NCBI GenBank assembly: GCA_024650005.2
Contig: CP122380.1
Span: 1,472,001-1,536,000 of the forward strand
Reading direction: 5' to 3'
Length of the DNA stretch: 64,000 nucleotides
DNA from: Candidatus Bathyarchaeum tardum
GTDB taxonomy: Archaea > Thermoproteota > Bathyarchaeia > Bathyarchaeales > Bathyarchaeaceae
The notes beneath the pieces were generated by a model. That model was not told where the DNA came from. It was given only the letters and a program-made list of their open reading frames with translations, and did not search any database. Both the position numbers and the translations under genes were made by a program. Positions within the stretch are counted from its first letter, which is position 1. Every line of letters starts with the position of its first letter. Shown piece by piece: positions 9,534 through 19,235 of this stretch.

Positions 9534-11093
9534 TCAGTTTGCATCTCCAGTTGTTTCATCGAGGGCAAAGCCAGTATCAAGTAATTGTTTAAACTTCTTC
9601 AAAACTGTTTCATAACTAACCGAAGACCGTACAGGAGGAGCAGCAAGGCGTATCAGGGCATCTAAATCTAAAGATTCCTCGATATTTTTGATTGCTTGCT
9701 CGCCAAATTCTTTGTAATCTATTTCAATTTCAGGAATTGCTCCCCGTCCTTCCAGTTGTATTTTTGGAATTATTCCAATTAATACAACACCAACATTGTT
9801 GAAAGCAGATTCTACAGAGTCTCGGATTTTGGGAGTAAAATAGCTCGTGTGAACCTTGTTTAAGATAATGCCCACTACTTTGATTCCAAGTGTTTTCAAC
9901 AGATTAACATAACTTAATCCAATTACTGTTGCACCTTCAACCCCTGCCTTGTCACAGGCAACAACTACAACAGTTGGAACACCCAAAGCAACAGCAATTT
10001 CCGCTGTTGTCGCAGGGCGCTTCACAGTTTCATTCAAGAACCCAGTGAAAGGTCCCATGGCACCTTCAATTACAAGAAAATCATAGTCTTTGCTTGCGTT
10101 GTTTACAGCTTCAAAAATTGGGGTCCACCCACTGTTTGCTAAACGCAACGAAGAATAGGGTTTCATAGATTCTTTAATTAAATACAACGCCGGAACAATG
10201 TCTCGTATGTCTCCTCCTATTTTCAGCAAACCTAAGTTTATTCCACGTTTCTTTAAAGCCCCAGCAACGCCAGTAACAATGAAAGTTTTACCGGATCCAC
10301 TGCCAGTCGCAGTGGTAAACAAAATAACAGGAACTAGGGAAGGCTTTGGATACTTTTTTTCAGGCTGCAGGTTGATTGAAACTCCGATTTCGTTCTTCAC
10401 CTTTTGCACCAACAATGAATTGGCAGTTTTTATTTTTTGCAAGTCTTTAGGTGATATATCTAACGATTTTATGATACTTTGAACAATAACAGGGTTTTCA
10501 TCCAACAAACCATGAGTTAAAATTCCAACCACGTTGCCTTCTTTGTTACTGAAGCCTGAAACAAAATCCTGCGGATTACTACGGTAATTAAAACGCTGAA
10601 TACGAGAAACAATTATCGGTCGTGCTTGTTTACCAGGAACGATTTTACCGTATGTGTGACAATGAAAACCAGTAACTGTTTCCCCGGGGGGGTTAGTTAT
10701 GAAACTTTTTCCAATAATTGTAGCCTTGACGCGGTCAGTGCATATCAAGGGTTGAAATTGTACATCTAACAATCCAAGCCCTTTTCGCATAATTGGCGTA
10801 GGAGATAGTCTCCCAATGTCGGTTGCGTTCGAAAGTATCTGAAAACCTGAACAAATTCCCAGAACAAACTTGCCAGCATCAGCCATTTTAATTATTTCTT
10901 TTTGTATGTTAGTGTTTATGCTTTGGGATTCAACCAAACTGCCGCCGGGAACGATCATCATATCCAGAACGTCGGATGCAGGTTTACCATCAACTAAGGC
11001 ATCTTCCTGAACTAGATCTGTTGGCAGGTTTCCGAAGCTTTCAAAGCAAGGTAATGCCCCAGAAACATATACTAATCCAATTCGGTGCCCCAA
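9534..11093 (-). CDS. Corrin amidotransferase-like protein: N-terminal class I GATase plus C-terminal CbiA-type P-loop synthetase
   Basis: GICSGFQIL, THGLLD, then TGSGSGKT and VIEGAMG; TTG start at 11093 follows an AGGTGA SD. Confidence 0.75.
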   Translation of the reverse strand: MGHRIGLVYVSGALPCFESFGNLPTDLVQEDALVDGKPASDVLDMMIVPGGSLVESQSINTNIQKEIIKMADAGKFVLGICSGFQILSNATDIGRLSPTPIMRKGLGLLDVQFQPLICTDRVKATIIGKSFITNPPGETVTGFHCHTYGKIVPGKQARPIIVSRIQRFNYRSNPQDFVSGFSNKEGNVVGILTHGLLDENPVIVQSIIKSLDISPKDLQKIKTANSLLVQKVKNEIGVSINLQPEKKYPKPSLVPVILFTTATGSGSGKTFIVTGVAGALKKRGINLGLLKIGGDIRDIVPALYLIKESMKPYSSLRLANSGWTPIFEAVNNASKDYDFLVIEGAMGPFTGFLNETVKRPATTAEIAVALGVPTVVVVACDKAGVEGATVIGLSYVNLLKTLGIKVVGIILNKVHTSYFTPKIRDSVESAFNNVGVVLIGIIPKIQLEGRGAIPEIEIDYKEFGEQAIKNIEESLDLDALIRLAAPPVRSSVSYETVLKKFKQLLDTGFALDETTGDAN

Positions 11094-11145
11094 ATTTATC
11101 ACCTGTTGTGTACAGGCGAAAAGTATGCGAACTCTTATATTTAAG

Positions 11146-11162
11146 TTGGAAGGAGTATCCAT
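11146..11162. promoter_or_regulatory. Palindromic operator copy (TTGGAA-N5-ATCCAT) at the hem/cbi divergent promoter
   Basis: Lies between TTATATTTAA (TATA-like) and the hemA ATG at 11165. Confidence 0.6.
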
Positions 11163-11164
11163 CC

Positions 11165-13525
11165 ATGGAAGCATCTGCTGGTAACAGCCACATAATGAAC
11201 ATAAGAATCACACATCAAAAATCAGGCATCAACTTAATTGAAACTGCCGCAGTCAAAGACCTACAAAACGCTCTAAAACAATTTCATGCCAATGATGAGA
11301 TTGATGAATGTGTAATACTTCAAACTTGCAACCGCACAGAAGCATACGTGGTCAGTAAAGAGCCAGAAAAGGCATCAGAGAAACTTAAAGAACATTTACT
11401 AAACAGATGCAAAACAAAATCAGCAGAAACAAAAAGCGCAATTGAAATTTGTTCAAACCAGGACGCTCTCAAACATCTTCTCCGAGTTAGTTCAGGACTA
11501 GAATCAATGGTCATAGGGGAAGACCAAATCTTAGGTCAAGTATGGGATGCTTACAGAGTAGCAAAGTCTGCAAAAACTGTTGGTCCTGTACTAAAAACTG
11601 TGTTTACTCGAGCAGTTAGTGTTGGAAGGCGAGTAAGAAATGAAACAAAAATCAACCGAGGGGCAGTGTCAGTAGGTTCTGTTGCTGTTGAGTTAGCAGA
11701 AACGCTGTTAGGAAACCTGTGCGGGAAAACAGTTCTAATCATGGGAGCAGGAGAAACAGGAACTCTCGTAGCCAAAGCATTAGCAACACGCTGTCCTAAT
11801 GCAATTTTCATTGCTAACCGAACATATGAACGGGCAGTAAAACTTGCAGATGAGCTTCAGGGTAAAGCTGTGAAATTTGACAAACTAGAAGATGTTCTTA
11901 AAGACGCCGATGTTATAATTTGTTCTACTTCTGCACCTCATTATCTTTTGAAAAAAGAGCCAGTTTCCAAAATCATGGAACAGAGAGTTAACAGAAAAGG
12001 GTTAATGATTATCGATATTTCCAACCCCAGAAATGTCGAAAGGTCAGTTCAAGAAATTGATGGGGTAAACCTGTACAATATTGATGATCTTCGAGAAATA
12101 GCAGACAGAAATAAAGATAAACGAGCAGAAAAAGCAGAAAAGGCTTCAAAAATCGTTGATGAATCGTTGTTTTTGCTTGAACAAGATCTGAAAGCCCAGT
12201 CTGTAAGTGATATAGTTGCTTTCCTGTTTGCGCATGCTGAAGAAATTCGCCAAAAAGAGTTGACAAAAGCACAATCCATGTTGGGCAATCTGGATCCGAA
12301 AAAGAAGGGGGTTATTGACAGCTTAACTTTTGAAATAGTTGAACAAACGTTGGTTCCCATCGTAGCTAAACTACGCAATGCAGCAGTCAACGGGGACAAA
12401 CAGATGATAGATGCTGCAACTGAATTATTCAAATTAAAAAACAAAAACAAGAGTGGAAAAAAATTGGAAAAAACAGCCTTGATTCTTATTGGACATGGCA
12501 GCAAGCTTCCACACAACAGGGAAACATTAGATAAACTGGCAGAACAGATTAGGAACCATTCAAAGGTTGACACAGTGGAAATTGCGTTCATGGTGAGAAA
12601 CAAGCCAACAATTCCAGAAACACTAGAGAGTGCCGTAAAAAATGGTGCTAAAAAAATTGTAATGATTCCAGCATTCATTGCTCACGGGGTTCATACAAAG
12701 GATGAAATTCCTGAGATAATTAAAACAAAACAGGAAGAGTTGGGGTTAAAGGCAAAAGGGGTTGAAGTAATATACGGAGAACCTTTGGGAGCAGACGAAA
12801 GAATAGTTGAAATAATTGAGGACAAAGCCCTGACTCTACTGGGTCAAGAAAGCAATGATGTTAAAAAAGTCCAAGAAGCCCGTAATTTGAAGGCTTCAAC
12901 TAAAATGTATAACACCAGCATAAAGATACTCAGACCTTTCATTAAAGACATTATAGAAAAAGCTCCAGAAACAGATATACCAATAATTGAGCGTGTGGTT
13001 CATACTACTGCAGATCCAGAATTTGCCAAGCTTTTGGTTATCAACAAAAACGCGGTAAAAAATGGGGTTGCAGCCATCAAAGCGGGGGCAAAAATTGTTA
13101 CAGACGTAAAAATGGTTCAGGCGGGAATTAACAAGACTCGAATCAAACGGTTTGGGGGACAGATTCTTACGTATGTAGATGATAGACGTGCCATAGAACT
13201 GGCAAAACAAGAATCAATTACAAGGTCTGCCGCTGCAATGCAGTTAGCAGTGAAAGATGGTTTAGATAACTCGATTGTTGTTATTGGGAATGCGCCAACT
13301 GCAGCTTTTGAAATTGCAAAAGCAGTTAAACAGGGTTTAACTAAACCTGCACTGATTATCGCAACTCCAGTAGGCTATGTAGAGGCAGCAGAATCAAAGG
13401 AAGAAATTGCAACTTTATCGGTACCCTTTATCATAATTAAAGGACCTAAAGGCGGAAGCGCTTTGGCAGTAGCAATTTTTAACGCAATTCTTGGAATGGC
13501 AGAAACAGATGGAAACGTCGCTTAG
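11165..13525 (+). CDS. hemA: Fusion of glutamyl-tRNA reductase (HemA), sirohydrochlorin cobaltochelatase (CbiX) and cobalt-precorrin-8 methylmutase (CbiC)
   Basis: LQTCNRTE, GEDQILGQV, GAGETG; then IGHGS...AFIAHGVHTKDEIP; then RVVHTTAD, TDVKMV, IGNAPTA, PVGYV, GPKGGS, all in one frame. Confidence 0.88.
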   Translation: MEASAGNSHIMNIRITHQKSGINLIETAAVKDLQNALKQFHANDEIDECVILQTCNRTEAYVVSKEPEKASEKLKEHLLNRCKTKSAETKSAIEICSNQDALKHLLRVSSGLESMVIGEDQILGQVWDAYRVAKSAKTVGPVLKTVFTRAVSVGRRVRNETKINRGAVSVGSVAVELAETLLGNLCGKTVLIMGAGETGTLVAKALATRCPNAIFIANRTYERAVKLADELQGKAVKFDKLEDVLKDADVIICSTSAPHYLLKKEPVSKIMEQRVNRKGLMIIDISNPRNVERSVQEIDGVNLYNIDDLREIADRNKDKRAEKAEKASKIVDESLFLLEQDLKAQSVSDIVAFLFAHAEEIRQKELTKAQSMLGNLDPKKKGVIDSLTFEIVEQTLVPIVAKLRNAAVNGDKQMIDAATELFKLKNKNKSGKKLEKTALILIGHGSKLPHNRETLDKLAEQIRNHSKVDTVEIAFMVRNKPTIPETLESAVKNGAKKIVMIPAFIAHGVHTKDEIPEIIKTKQEELGLKAKGVEVIYGEPLGADERIVEIIEDKALTLLGQESNDVKKVQEARNLKASTKMYNTSIKILRPFIKDIIEKAPETDIPIIERVVHTTADPEFAKLLVINKNAVKNGVAAIKAGAKIVTDVKMVQAGINKTRIKRFGGQILTYVDDRRAIELAKQESITRSAAAMQLAVKDGLDNSIVVIGNAPTAAFEIAKAVKQGLTKPALIIATPVGYVEAAESKEEIATLSVPFIIIKGPKGGSALAVAIFNAILGMAETDGNVA

Positions 13526-13544
13526 AACTAAAAAAGGGTTTGTT

Positions 13545-14630
13545 ATGCGAAGAGTTCTAAAATACGGCAACACAACTGGAGCATATGCTACAGCTGTTGC
13601 AAAAGCTGCCGTAATTACTTTGCTGGATAAACCCGTAGACCATGTAGGAATACCTAGCCCGTTAGGTATTCGTTTTGAAATTTTGGTTAAAGACTGCAAA
13701 AAAATCAATGATGACACCTCCATAGCATGTGCAATAAAGGATGCTGGAGAAGACATAGATGCAACAGATAAAATCGAAATTTTCGCTAAAGTGAAATTAA
13801 CAGATAACGGCAAGATTACCATTTCAGGTGGCAAAGGGATTGGTGTTGTAACCAAAGAGGGGTTACCAATTCCGATCGGAGAAGCTGCAATCAATCCTAC
13901 TCCACGGAAAATGATAAAACAAGCTATCTGGGAAGTTTTGCCAAAAAATAAAGGAGCAGAAGTAACCATATATGTTCCCGAAGGGGAAACAGTTGCTAAG
14001 AAAACTCAAAACGCAAAACTAGGAATCATAGGTGGAATATCGATTCTTGGCACAACAGGAGTGGTTAGACCCTTATCCAGTATGGCATACAAAAGTTCTC
14101 TTGTTCCTTCCCTTGAGGTTGCCCTTGCCCAAAAATATGAACAGATTTTTTTGGTTCCAGGAAACATTGGAGAAAAGCTTGCAAAGAAAGTGTTTGCAGT
14201 TCCTGAAGACGGCATAGTTCAAACTGGAGACTTTATGGGATACATGTTGGAAAAAGCCGTTGAAAAAGGGGCAAAAAAGATAGTTATTTTTGGACACCCC
14301 GGAAAATTAGTTAAACTGGCTGCAGGGATATTTAATACTCATCACAAAATGGGGGACGCCCGAATGGAAGTCATAGCAGCTTATGCAGGAGCTTCGGGTG
14401 CAGAAACAAATCTTATCCAAAAAATTGTTCAGGCTAACACAACTGAAGAAGCCGTAAAGTTTCTAGAACCAGCCAAACTGGTTCAACAAACTTTTGATCA
14501 AATTGCTGAACAAGTTTACATACGGGCAGTAGAAAAGACAGAAAACAAAGCAGAAATCAAAGTAATTATGGTATCCATGAATGGAACTATTCTGGGAACA
14601 AGCAAAAACGCTAGGAGCATGATAAAATGA
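13545..14630 (+). CDS. cbiD: Cobalt-precorrin-5B C1-methyltransferase
   Basis: KYGNTTG, KDAGEDIDAT, GGISILGTTG, AGIFNTH; start uncertain. Confidence 0.93.
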   Translation: MRRVLKYGNTTGAYATAVAKAAVITLLDKPVDHVGIPSPLGIRFEILVKDCKKINDDTSIACAIKDAGEDIDATDKIEIFAKVKLTDNGKITISGGKGIGVVTKEGLPIPIGEAAINPTPRKMIKQAIWEVLPKNKGAEVTIYVPEGETVAKKTQNAKLGIIGGISILGTTGVVRPLSSMAYKSSLVPSLEVALAQKYEQIFLVPGNIGEKLAKKVFAVPEDGIVQTGDFMGYMLEKAVEKGAKKIVIFGHPGKLVKLAAGIFNTHHKMGDARMEVIAAYAGASGAETNLIQKIVQANTTEEAVKFLEPAKLVQQTFDQIAEQVYIRAVEKTENKAEIKVIMVSMNGTILGTSKNARSMIK

Positions 14631-15280
14631 GCAAACTCAAACTAGTAGGAATGGGACCAGGCTCACCAGAGTATATCACTCCAATAGCAAAAAAACTCGT
14701 AAAAAACGCCGAACTAGTGATAGGCACAAAACGGGCATTAGACTTATTTCAAGAGTATATCAAAGGCGAGACTCTTCTATTGACAGCAACAAACTTAAAA
14801 GAGGGACTTAAACAAGGAGTTGAATCTGCCCAAGAAGGAAAAAACGTTGTAATCCTCTCAACCGGTGACCCAGGTTTTTCGGGTTTGTTACGTTCTCTGG
14901 TTAAAGTGGCTGGAAAAGATGTTGACGTGGATGTTATTCCGGGTGTTAGTTCAATTCAGGTTTGTGCAGCGAGACTTCGAATGCGTTGGGATAGTGCTGA
15001 TTTGATTAGTTTTCATGCTGAAGTAACTAATGAGAAGAAAAACATGATGGTTGAAGCACTGAAAAAAGGTAAACCTGTTATGCTTCTTCCCGACCCAAAG
15101 ACCTTTAATCCATGTAATATTGCACAGTTTCTTATTAGACAGGGAATCTCAAAGGTAACTCCAGTGGGTATTTGTGAAAATTTAACCCTAGAAAATGAAA
15201 GGATTGTTGTTTCTACGTTGGGGGAAATTTTGGAACAACAGTTTGACATTATGTGTGTATTGGTTGTAGGAGCAAATTGA
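14627..15280 (+). CDS. cbiE: Cobalt-precorrin-7 C5-methyltransferase
   Basis: VGMGPG, STGDPGFSG, PGVSSIQ, CENLT..NER. Confidence 0.9.
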   Translation: MSKLKLVGMGPGSPEYITPIAKKLVKNAELVIGTKRALDLFQEYIKGETLLLTATNLKEGLKQGVESAQEGKNVVILSTGDPGFSGLLRSLVKVAGKDVDVDVIPGVSSIQVCAARLRMRWDSADLISFHAEVTNEKKNMMVEALKKGKPVMLLPDPKTFNPCNIAQFLIRQGISKVTPVGICENLTLENERIVVSTLGEILEQQFDIMCVLVVGAN

Positions 15281-15903
15281 ACAAAAAGGAAGATACAGAA
15301 ATCATGGTTAATGCAGTAAGTTACACAACGGGCATTCCAGATTCAGAGTTTATTCAAAACGACAAGGTTCCAGGTCCCACCAAAGAAGAAATTCGTGTAA
15401 TTTCCCTTTCTAAGGCAAAGTTGTTTGAAGGCGCTTACGTTATTGATGTTGGCTGTGGCACAGGGGGATTAACTGTTGAAGCAGCTCTGCAAGTTAAAGA
15501 GAAGGGCAGAGTTTTTGCATTAGACCAAAACAAGGAAGCTGTTGATTTAACAGAACAGAATGCGGCAAAGTTTGGGGTGCAAAACACAGTTGAGATAATT
15601 TGTGGGCAAGCGTTGGAAGCATTACCGAACTTGCCTCAGGTGGATGCAGTTTTCATTGGTGGCAGCAAGTCGTTAAGGGAAACGATACAGCTTGTTTACA
15701 AAAAACTAAAGGTGAAAGGCAAAGTTGTCGTAAATTCCATCCTGTTAGAAACGGCAGTTAATGCTGTTGATGAAATCAGGAAGGTTGGCTTCAAAGATGT
15801 TGACGTAGCCCAGATTTTTGTTGTTAAAGGAAAACAGGTTCCGTCAGGTACAATGATGTTAGCACGAAATCCAATCACAATAATTTCTGCAACTAAAAAA
15901 TAG
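15277..15903 (+). CDS. cbiT: Cobalt-precorrin-6B C15-methyltransferase (decarboxylating)
   Basis: GIPDSEF, TKEEIR, DVGCGTG, MMLARNPI. Confidence 0.93.
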   Translation: MNKKEDTEIMVNAVSYTTGIPDSEFIQNDKVPGPTKEEIRVISLSKAKLFEGAYVIDVGCGTGGLTVEAALQVKEKGRVFALDQNKEAVDLTEQNAAKFGVQNTVEIICGQALEALPNLPQVDAVFIGGSKSLRETIQLVYKKLKVKGKVVVNSILLETAVNAVDEIRKVGFKDVDVAQIFVVKGKQVPSGTMMLARNPITIISATKK

Positions 15904-16650
15904 GTGAAAAAAATGGTTCAAGGAAAATTTGTCGGTGTTGGTGTTGGTCCAGGTGATCCCGAACTGATTACTGTAAAGGCTGTAAAAGTTTTGAAAACTG
16001 CAGACATAATAAGCATTCCAAAGGCTCACGAGAATAAGCCAAGCATTGCATTATCTATAGTTAAGGACATATTAGAGGAAAGAAAAACTGCTCCTGAAGT
16101 TCTTGAGCTAGTTTTTCCAATGATAAGTGATAAAAAAGAACTCAAAGACGCATGGAGCGAAAACGCCAAAATCGTTGCCCAGAAAGCAAAAACGGGCAAA
16201 ACAATTGCCTTCATCACTTTGGGTGATCCTATGTTTTTTAGTACATTCATTTATCTTTGTCAAAGAATGAAAGAGGAATATCCCGAAGTCGAACTGGAAA
16301 TTATTCCAGGTGTTACTTCATTGACTGCTTGTGCTGCTGTTTCTAAGATACCCCTTGCAGAAAAAAGTGAAGTGGTGGCAATTATTCCATCCAGTGTAGA
16401 TTCAAACAGGATTGGAGAAATTGCCAAGCATGCAGACAGCCTAGTTTTGATGAAGGGAGCAAAACGGCTAAAGGAGCTTATTCCAGTTTTGGAGAAATCT
16501 GGTTTCAGCAAGAACTCTATTATTACAGTAATCAGGAGATGCACCATGCCTGACGAGAAGGTTATTGTTGGCACAGTAGATGATATTAAAAACTGGGATA
16601 TTCACGAAGATTATTTTTCGATTTCAATGATAAAGGGGAACAAAAAATGA
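15904..16650 (+). CDS. cbiL: Cobalt-factor II C20-methyltransferase
   Basis: GVGVGPGDPELIT, LVFPM, TLGDPMFFST. Confidence 0.92.
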   Translation: MKKMVQGKFVGVGVGPGDPELITVKAVKVLKTADIISIPKAHENKPSIALSIVKDILEERKTAPEVLELVFPMISDKKELKDAWSENAKIVAQKAKTGKTIAFITLGDPMFFSTFIYLCQRMKEEYPEVELEIIPGVTSLTACAAVSKIPLAEKSEVVAIIPSSVDSNRIGEIAKHADSLVLMKGAKRLKELIPVLEKSGFSKNSIITVIRRCTMPDEKVIVGTVDDIKNWDIHEDYFSISMIKGNKK

Positions 16651-17420
16651 AACAAGTAATTTTTATTGGAGCAGGTCCCGGAGACCCTGAACTAATTACT
16701 CTTAAGGGTAAAAAGAATCTAGAAAAAGCCGATGTTGTAATCTATGCGGGGTCTTTGTTAAATCTGGAAATTCTTGGTTACGCAAAAAATGATGCAAAAC
16801 TTTACGACAGTGCCAAAATGACCTTGAAGGAAGTTCTTCAGGTTATGGTGGATTCAGTTAAAGAAGGAAAAGTTGTTGCCAGATTACACGATGGCGATCC
16901 AAGTTTTTTTGGGGCAATAACTGAGCAGATGGATTATCTTGATGAACAAAAAATTGAATATGACGTGATTCCCGGAGTAAGCTGTCTGCAAGGTGGATCA
17001 GCAGCCCTTAGAAGAGAATTAACGCTGCCTAACGTTTCTCAGAGTATAATAATTACTAGACCAGAGGGTAGAACCCCGGTTCCTGAACGGGAAAGTATTC
17101 GAGAACTAGCTAAACACGGAACAACCATGGTCATTTTTTTGGGCATACAGCACGTGGAAAAGGTCATTGAAGAATTGAAAATTGGCGGTCGTCCACTAGA
17201 TACTCCAGTTTCAGTTGTGTATCGGGCGACATGGAAACAGCAAAAAATTGTTCGAGGCACCATAGATGACATAGTAAAAAAAGTCAAAGAAGCAGGGATA
17301 ACCAGGACTGCTCTGATTTTTGTTGGTGAAGTGTTTAACCCAAAGGCTTACGATTTTTCGAAGCTGTATGACCCCAAGTTTACTACAGGTTACCGTAAAG
17401 GCGAAGATGATGTTTCCTAG
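16647..17420 (+). CDS. cbiF: Cobalt-precorrin-4 C11-methyltransferase
   Basis: YAGSL, RLHDGDPSFFGAITEQ, SKLYDPKF. Confidence 0.93.
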   Translation: MKQVIFIGAGPGDPELITLKGKKNLEKADVVIYAGSLLNLEILGYAKNDAKLYDSAKMTLKEVLQVMVDSVKEGKVVARLHDGDPSFFGAITEQMDYLDEQKIEYDVIPGVSCLQGGSAALRRELTLPNVSQSIIITRPEGRTPVPERESIRELAKHGTTMVIFLGIQHVEKVIEELKIGGRPLDTPVSVVYRATWKQQKIVRGTIDDIVKKVKEAGITRTALIFVGEVFNPKAYDFSKLYDPKFTTGYRKGEDDVS

Positions 17421-18489
17421 GGGCGTAGCAATTTTCGCCATTACTAGGCAAGGGGTTGAAACTGCAGCAAAAATAAGGGATGCCTTAAAAGAAAATGGGA
17501 TAAAAAGCCAAATTTATGCTCCTGAAAGGTATGCTCAAAATGGGGCTGTCCCAATAAAAAGGACAAAAGATGCGATTAAACAAGTTTTCAGCGATGTTGA
17601 CGGAATAGTTGCAGTTATGGCTACAGGTATTGTTGTAAGGACAATTGCTCCGTTGTTGAAAAGTAAACTTAGTGACCCCGCAGTTGTATGTGTAGATACT
17701 TCAGGAAAGTTTGCAATTAGTTTACTGTCTGGACATTACGGTGGAGCTAACAAGTTAACAAAATTAGTTGCTAAGGGTTTGGGGGCAACTGCGGTTATTA
17801 CTACTGCTTCAGATGTTTTGGGTAAACAAAGCATTGATGAACTAGCCAAAAAGTTGCATTGCATCATATTGAATTCACAAAGTTTAGTTGGGGTTAATTC
17901 TGCGTTAGTTAATTCAGAAAATTTGGTTTTGGTTTTGTCAGGAAAGGTTAAGATTCCGTCGAGTCGAATTAGGGACTATAAAGTAAGAACAACAAAAAAC
18001 ATAGACCAAGCAATTGATATCGTGAAAAGTTTTGATGGCGGTGCCATAATTTCAACGGAAATTGTTCCACAAAATAGTTTGAAAAATGTTACTTTCCTGA
18101 AGCCAAAAACAGTAGCTGTTGGTATTGGTTCCCGAAAAGTTGTCAATGAAAAAGACATTGTTGAGTTAGTGACTTGTGCATTAACTCAACTGGAAATTCC
18201 GTTGGAACGTGTTGACAAGTTAGCTACGGTTGACATTAAGAAGGATTCTGAAAGCATGCTAAAAGCAGCCAAGAAGTTGGGGTTGAATCTAGAATTCGTT
18301 AGTATTGATGAGCTTTGCAGGTTTAGTCATGAGGACCTTTCTGTTGATTCACAGTTAGTTAAGGAAAAAATTGGAGTTGGAGGAGTATGCGAACGAGCAG
18401 CGTTGATAGTTGCAGGAAAAAATGCGAAACTATTGCTAAAGAAAACCAAAGCGAAAGGCGTGACCGTGGCAGTAGCCGAGGCCGAATAG
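17407..18489 (+). CDS. cbiG: Cobalt-precorrin-5A hydrolase
   Basis: MATGIVVR, DPAVV, LLSGHYGGAN, GVCERAA. Confidence 0.92.
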   Translation: MMFPRGVAIFAITRQGVETAAKIRDALKENGIKSQIYAPERYAQNGAVPIKRTKDAIKQVFSDVDGIVAVMATGIVVRTIAPLLKSKLSDPAVVCVDTSGKFAISLLSGHYGGANKLTKLVAKGLGATAVITTASDVLGKQSIDELAKKLHCIILNSQSLVGVNSALVNSENLVLVLSGKVKIPSSRIRDYKVRTTKNIDQAIDIVKSFDGGAIISTEIVPQNSLKNVTFLKPKTVAVGIGSRKVVNEKDIVELVTCALTQLEIPLERVDKLATVDIKKDSESMLKAAKKLGLNLEFVSIDELCRFSHEDLSVDSQLVKEKIGVGGVCERAALIVAGKNAKLLLKKTKAKGVTVAVAEAE

Positions 18490-19211
18490 CTGTAATTGGC
18501 ATTGGTCCAGGTGCCCTTGAGCATATGACCCTTAAAGCCAAACAAGAAATCGAAAACGCCGACGTTATTGTAGGCTACAAAACGTACGTAAAACTAATTG
18601 AGCAAATCATAAAACCCGACACAGAAGTGTTCAGCGGCAACATGGGACAAGAAGTAGACAGAGCCCGAAAAGCCATCCAAAAAGCCCAAGAAAACAAAAA
18701 AGTAGCAGTTATCAGCAGTGGTGATGCTGGAGTTTATGGAATGGCAGGCGTAGTTTTGGAAACTGCAGCCCATGAAAAAGCAAAAGTTTCCATAGAGGTT
18801 GTTCCGGGGGTAACTGCTGCTACTGCTGCAGCTGCAACATTGGGTGCACCATTGGTAGGAGATTTTGCTGCCATTAGTTTGAGTGATATTTTGACTCCAT
18901 GGGACCTGATTGAGAGGCGATTGCGGGCTGCTGCAGAAGCAGATTTTGGGATTGTTTTGTATAATCCTCAAAGCATGGGACGAAAAATGCCGTTGGAAGA
19001 AGCGCATAAGATATTGTTGGAGTACCGCGACCCAAAGACCCATGTGGGCATAGTAAAGAACGCTAAAAGGGCTGGAGAAAAAGTTACAATTACTTGTTTG
19101 AAAGAAATGATGAACTTTGAAATTGACATGGCGACAATTTTGGTTATTGGAAACTCTAAAACTTACGTAATTGACCATAAACTGGTTACCCCTAGGGGTT
19201 ATAGTTTCTAA
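18486..19211 (+). CDS. cbiH: Cobalt-factor III C17-methyltransferase; start codon unclear
   Basis: VIGIGPG, SSGDAGVYGMA, SLSDILTPW, TPRGY. Confidence 0.9.
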   Translation: MAVIGIGPGALEHMTLKAKQEIENADVIVGYKTYVKLIEQIIKPDTEVFSGNMGQEVDRARKAIQKAQENKKVAVISSGDAGVYGMAGVVLETAAHEKAKVSIEVVPGVTAATAAAATLGAPLVGDFAAISLSDILTPWDLIERRLRAAAEADFGIVLYNPQSMGRKMPLEEAHKILLEYRDPKTHVGIVKNAKRAGEKVTITCLKEMMNFEIDMATILVIGNSKTYVIDHKLVTPRGYSF

Positions 19212-19235
19212 ACAAAAAAGGGAAGAAAAAATTCT

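Noticed and set aside
10976-11174. Overlapping N-terminal extensions of hemA and the amidotransferase in the ORF track
   Set aside because: Homology starts at 11165 and 11093, leaving a divergent promoter between them
12049-12678. Long antisense ORFs (also 13415-13969, 18594-19178, 58874-59389)
   Set aside because: Shadows of well-supported genes on the opposite strand
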